Assembly (NCBI GenBank): GCA_050008655.1
Contig: JBEKMF010000001.1
Span: 1,445-65,444, forward strand
Direction: 5' to 3'
Source: Smithellaceae bacterium
GTDB taxonomy: Bacteria > Desulfobacterota > Syntrophia > Syntrophales > Smithellaceae
Length of the DNA: 64,000 bases
Both the position numbers and the translations under genes were made by a program. The notes beneath the pieces are model-generated. The model did not search any database, was not told the origin of the DNA, and was given only the letters and a program-made list of their open reading frames with translations. Shown one piece after another: positions 62,415 through 64,000 of this stretch; position 1 is the first letter of the stretch; every line of letters starts with the position of its first letter.

Positions 62415-63797
62415 CTATTCCCGCTCAAAGGCTATCCCATACTTTTCCAGCTTCCGTTCAAAGGTCGGCCGGGAAATTCCCAATATCTCGCAAATTTCCC
62501 CTTTATTTTTATTCGTTTCTTTAATGACCTTTCGAATGTAGCGCTCTTCCACTTCATCCAGGGTCAGAAATTTGCCCAACTCGGCAGACGTAAATACATC
62601 TGTTGTTGCCTCCTTTGGCTGCTGGGCTGTCTCATCCTTACCGAGCTCGGGAAAATCATTTTTGCCCAAGACCTGCCCCTTAGCCACAACACAGGCCCGG
62701 ACCAATAAATTCTCCAACTCGCGGATATTGCCAGGCCAGCCATAGTTCATGAATATTTCCATCATTTCGTCCGAGATGCCGATAATTTTCTTGTGCAAAT
62801 CCAAATTAATTTTTGCCAGCAAATAATCAAGCAGGGGAGGAATATCTTGACGGCGCGTGCGCAACGGCGGAATATTTATCGATACAATATTCAAGCGATA
62901 ATACAGATCATCGCGGAATTTTCCTTCTTTCACCAGAGCCTTTAAATCCTTATTGGTCGCGGCCATAATCCGGGCGTTAACCTTGACTTTATCTTTACCC
63001 CCTACCCGATCAAATTCCATTTCCTGCAAAACACGCAAAAGCTTTGCCTGCAGGTTCACGGACATTTCGCTGATTTCATCCAGAAAGACCGTGCCGTAAC
63101 GGGCCAGCTCAAACTTGCCCAGTTTGCGGGCAACTGCACCGGTAAACGAACCCTTTTCATGACCGAATAATTCCGACTCCAGAAGTGTCTCGACAATCGC
63201 CGAACAATTAACGGCAATAAATGGTTCGTCGGGCGACGTATTATGATGGATGACTTTGGCGATTAATTCTTTGCCCGTACCGCTTTCCCCCTGAATGAGA
63301 ACGGTAGTCCGGCTTTGTGAAACTACTCCTATCGTTTTAAATATTTCCCGCATTTCATTGCCGGTGCCGACAATATCGCCGACCCGGAAATTGCGCGAAG
63401 GCTCCATCAAAAGCCCGTCAATCTTTTTTTCCATTTCCAGGGATTTCAGGGCCTTTTTAATCGCGATATCCAGTTCATCAACATTGACCGGTTTATGAAT
63501 ATAATCGAAGGCTCCGCTTTTCATGGCGTTAATCGTTGTTTCCATGTCATGATAAGCGGTAATCATAATCACTTTTATGTTTTCATTTTCTTCCTTCAGG
63601 TCTTCCAGCACGGAGAAGCCATCGACATCCGGCAGTCGAATATCTAAAATCACAACGTCTGCCGGATTTTGCACATACTTATTCAGGCCTTCCGTGCCGC
63701 TTTGAGCGGTTTCCACAGTGTAGCCTTCCTCAGTCAGGTACAAATCTAGAGTTTCCCTGATCGAAGCATCATCATCAATAACCAGAATTTTGGACAT
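62415..63797 (-). CDS. sigma-54-dependent response regulator (NtrC/AtoC family)
   Basis: REC (ILVIDDD, ILDIRLPD), AAA+ sigma-54 activator motifs (GESGTGKE, GAFTGA-like GSFTGA, ESELFGH) and a C-terminal Fis-type HTH. Confidence 0.9.
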   Translation of the reverse strand: MSKILVIDDDASIRETLDLYLTEEGYTVETAQSGTEGLNKYVQNPADVVILDIRLPDVDGFSVLEDLKEENENIKVIMITAYHDMETTINAMKSGAFDYIHKPVNVDELDIAIKKALKSLEMEKKIDGLLMEPSRNFRVGDIVGTGNEMREIFKTIGVVSQSRTTVLIQGESGTGKELIAKVIHHNTSPDEPFIAVNCSAIVETLLESELFGHEKGSFTGAVARKLGKFELARYGTVFLDEISEMSVNLQAKLLRVLQEMEFDRVGGKDKVKVNARIMAATNKDLKALVKEGKFRDDLYYRLNIVSINIPPLRTRRQDIPPLLDYLLAKINLDLHKKIIGISDEMMEIFMNYGWPGNIRELENLLVRACVVAKGQVLGKNDFPELGKDETAQQPKEATTDVFTSAELGKFLTLDEVEERYIRKVIKETNKNKGEICEILGISRPTFERKLEKYGIAFERE

Positions 63798-63808
63798 AAT
63801 GAGCGACC

Positions 63809-64000
63809 TTAATTATTGAGCGGACTAACTAAACGTTGATCATCAATTTCCAGCGGTAAAACAATACTAACCACCGTACCTTCATTCTTTTTGCTTAAAA
63901 CATCAATAGTCCCCCGATGAAGATCAATTATTTTCTTTACCTGAGACAGTCCTAAACCTGTACCATATTTTTTCACCGTAAAGAAAGGATTAAATATATG
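63809..64000 (-). CDS. sensor histidine kinase, C-terminal fragment (continues beyond window)
   Basis: The reverse-strand translation is ...IFNPFFTVKKYGTGLGLSQVKKIIDLHRGTIDVLSKKNEGTVVSIVLPLEIDDQRLVSPLNN-stop. This contains the G2 box of HATPase_c. It sits 11 nt upstream of the ntrC-type gene. Confidence 0.8.
   Translation of the reverse strand, partial: HIFNPFFTVKKYGTGLGLSQVKKIIDLHRGTIDVLSKKNEGTVVSIVLPLEIDDQRLVSPLNN

Noticed and set aside
62352-62708. 118-aa plus-strand ORF starting in the family-2 repeat.
   Set aside because: It starts at a TTG inside the repeat and runs antisense through the C-terminus of the well-supported NtrC-type gene. The equivalent frame is not open in the other repeat copies.

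Overview
64-kb chromosomal window, roughly 42-46% GC by eye. I call about 55 protein-coding genes and find no rRNA, tRNA or CRISPR array. The gene content suggests a strictly anaerobic, Desulfobacterota-like bacterium, though this is inference only. The supporting genes are a giant HdrA-like flavoprotein with MvhD, HdrB/C, Flx-like subunits and NfnAB, a sigma-54 NtrC-type regulator, PaaK plus an ACT protein, NirJ/AhbD-like radical SAM, and REC-PAS-HD-GYP proteins. Recognisable blocks are: zur-znuACB, sodB, ihfB/rluB/scpBA/trpS/hup, UbiA plus radical SAM, kdpABC plus a kinase-less kdpD, nadK-recN-GNAT-mltA, rdgC-like, bamD-trxA, paaK-ACT, a two-component cluster, a lipid-remodelling trio, lysE, nfnAB, the flx/hdr cluster, ysxC, and an ntrC-type pair. 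Most genes are ordinary housekeeping. The observations worth a second look are these. (1) A modular, hairpin-rich intergenic repeat family sits at five loci, once inside the hdr/flx operon, and twice reaches the ends of ORFs. (2) A second 70-95 nt repeat family abuts gene 3' ends and has a weakly conserved hydrophobic mini-ORF on its reverse strand. (3) A c-di-AMP (ydaO-type) riboswitch-like leader precedes the kdp operon, whose KdpD lacks the kinase domains. (4) A 1475-aa HdrL-like fusion protein is embedded in a rearranged hdr/flx/nfn electron-bifurcation cluster. (5) A conserved structured leader precedes each response-regulator gene of the signalling cluster, and its two half-sites bracket a four-helix-bundle (IVS-protein/Avd family) gene. 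(6) A GC-rich mosaic segment forms the 5' third of the histidine kinase gene. All calls rest on reading the sequence and on recalled family motifs. No database search was run.
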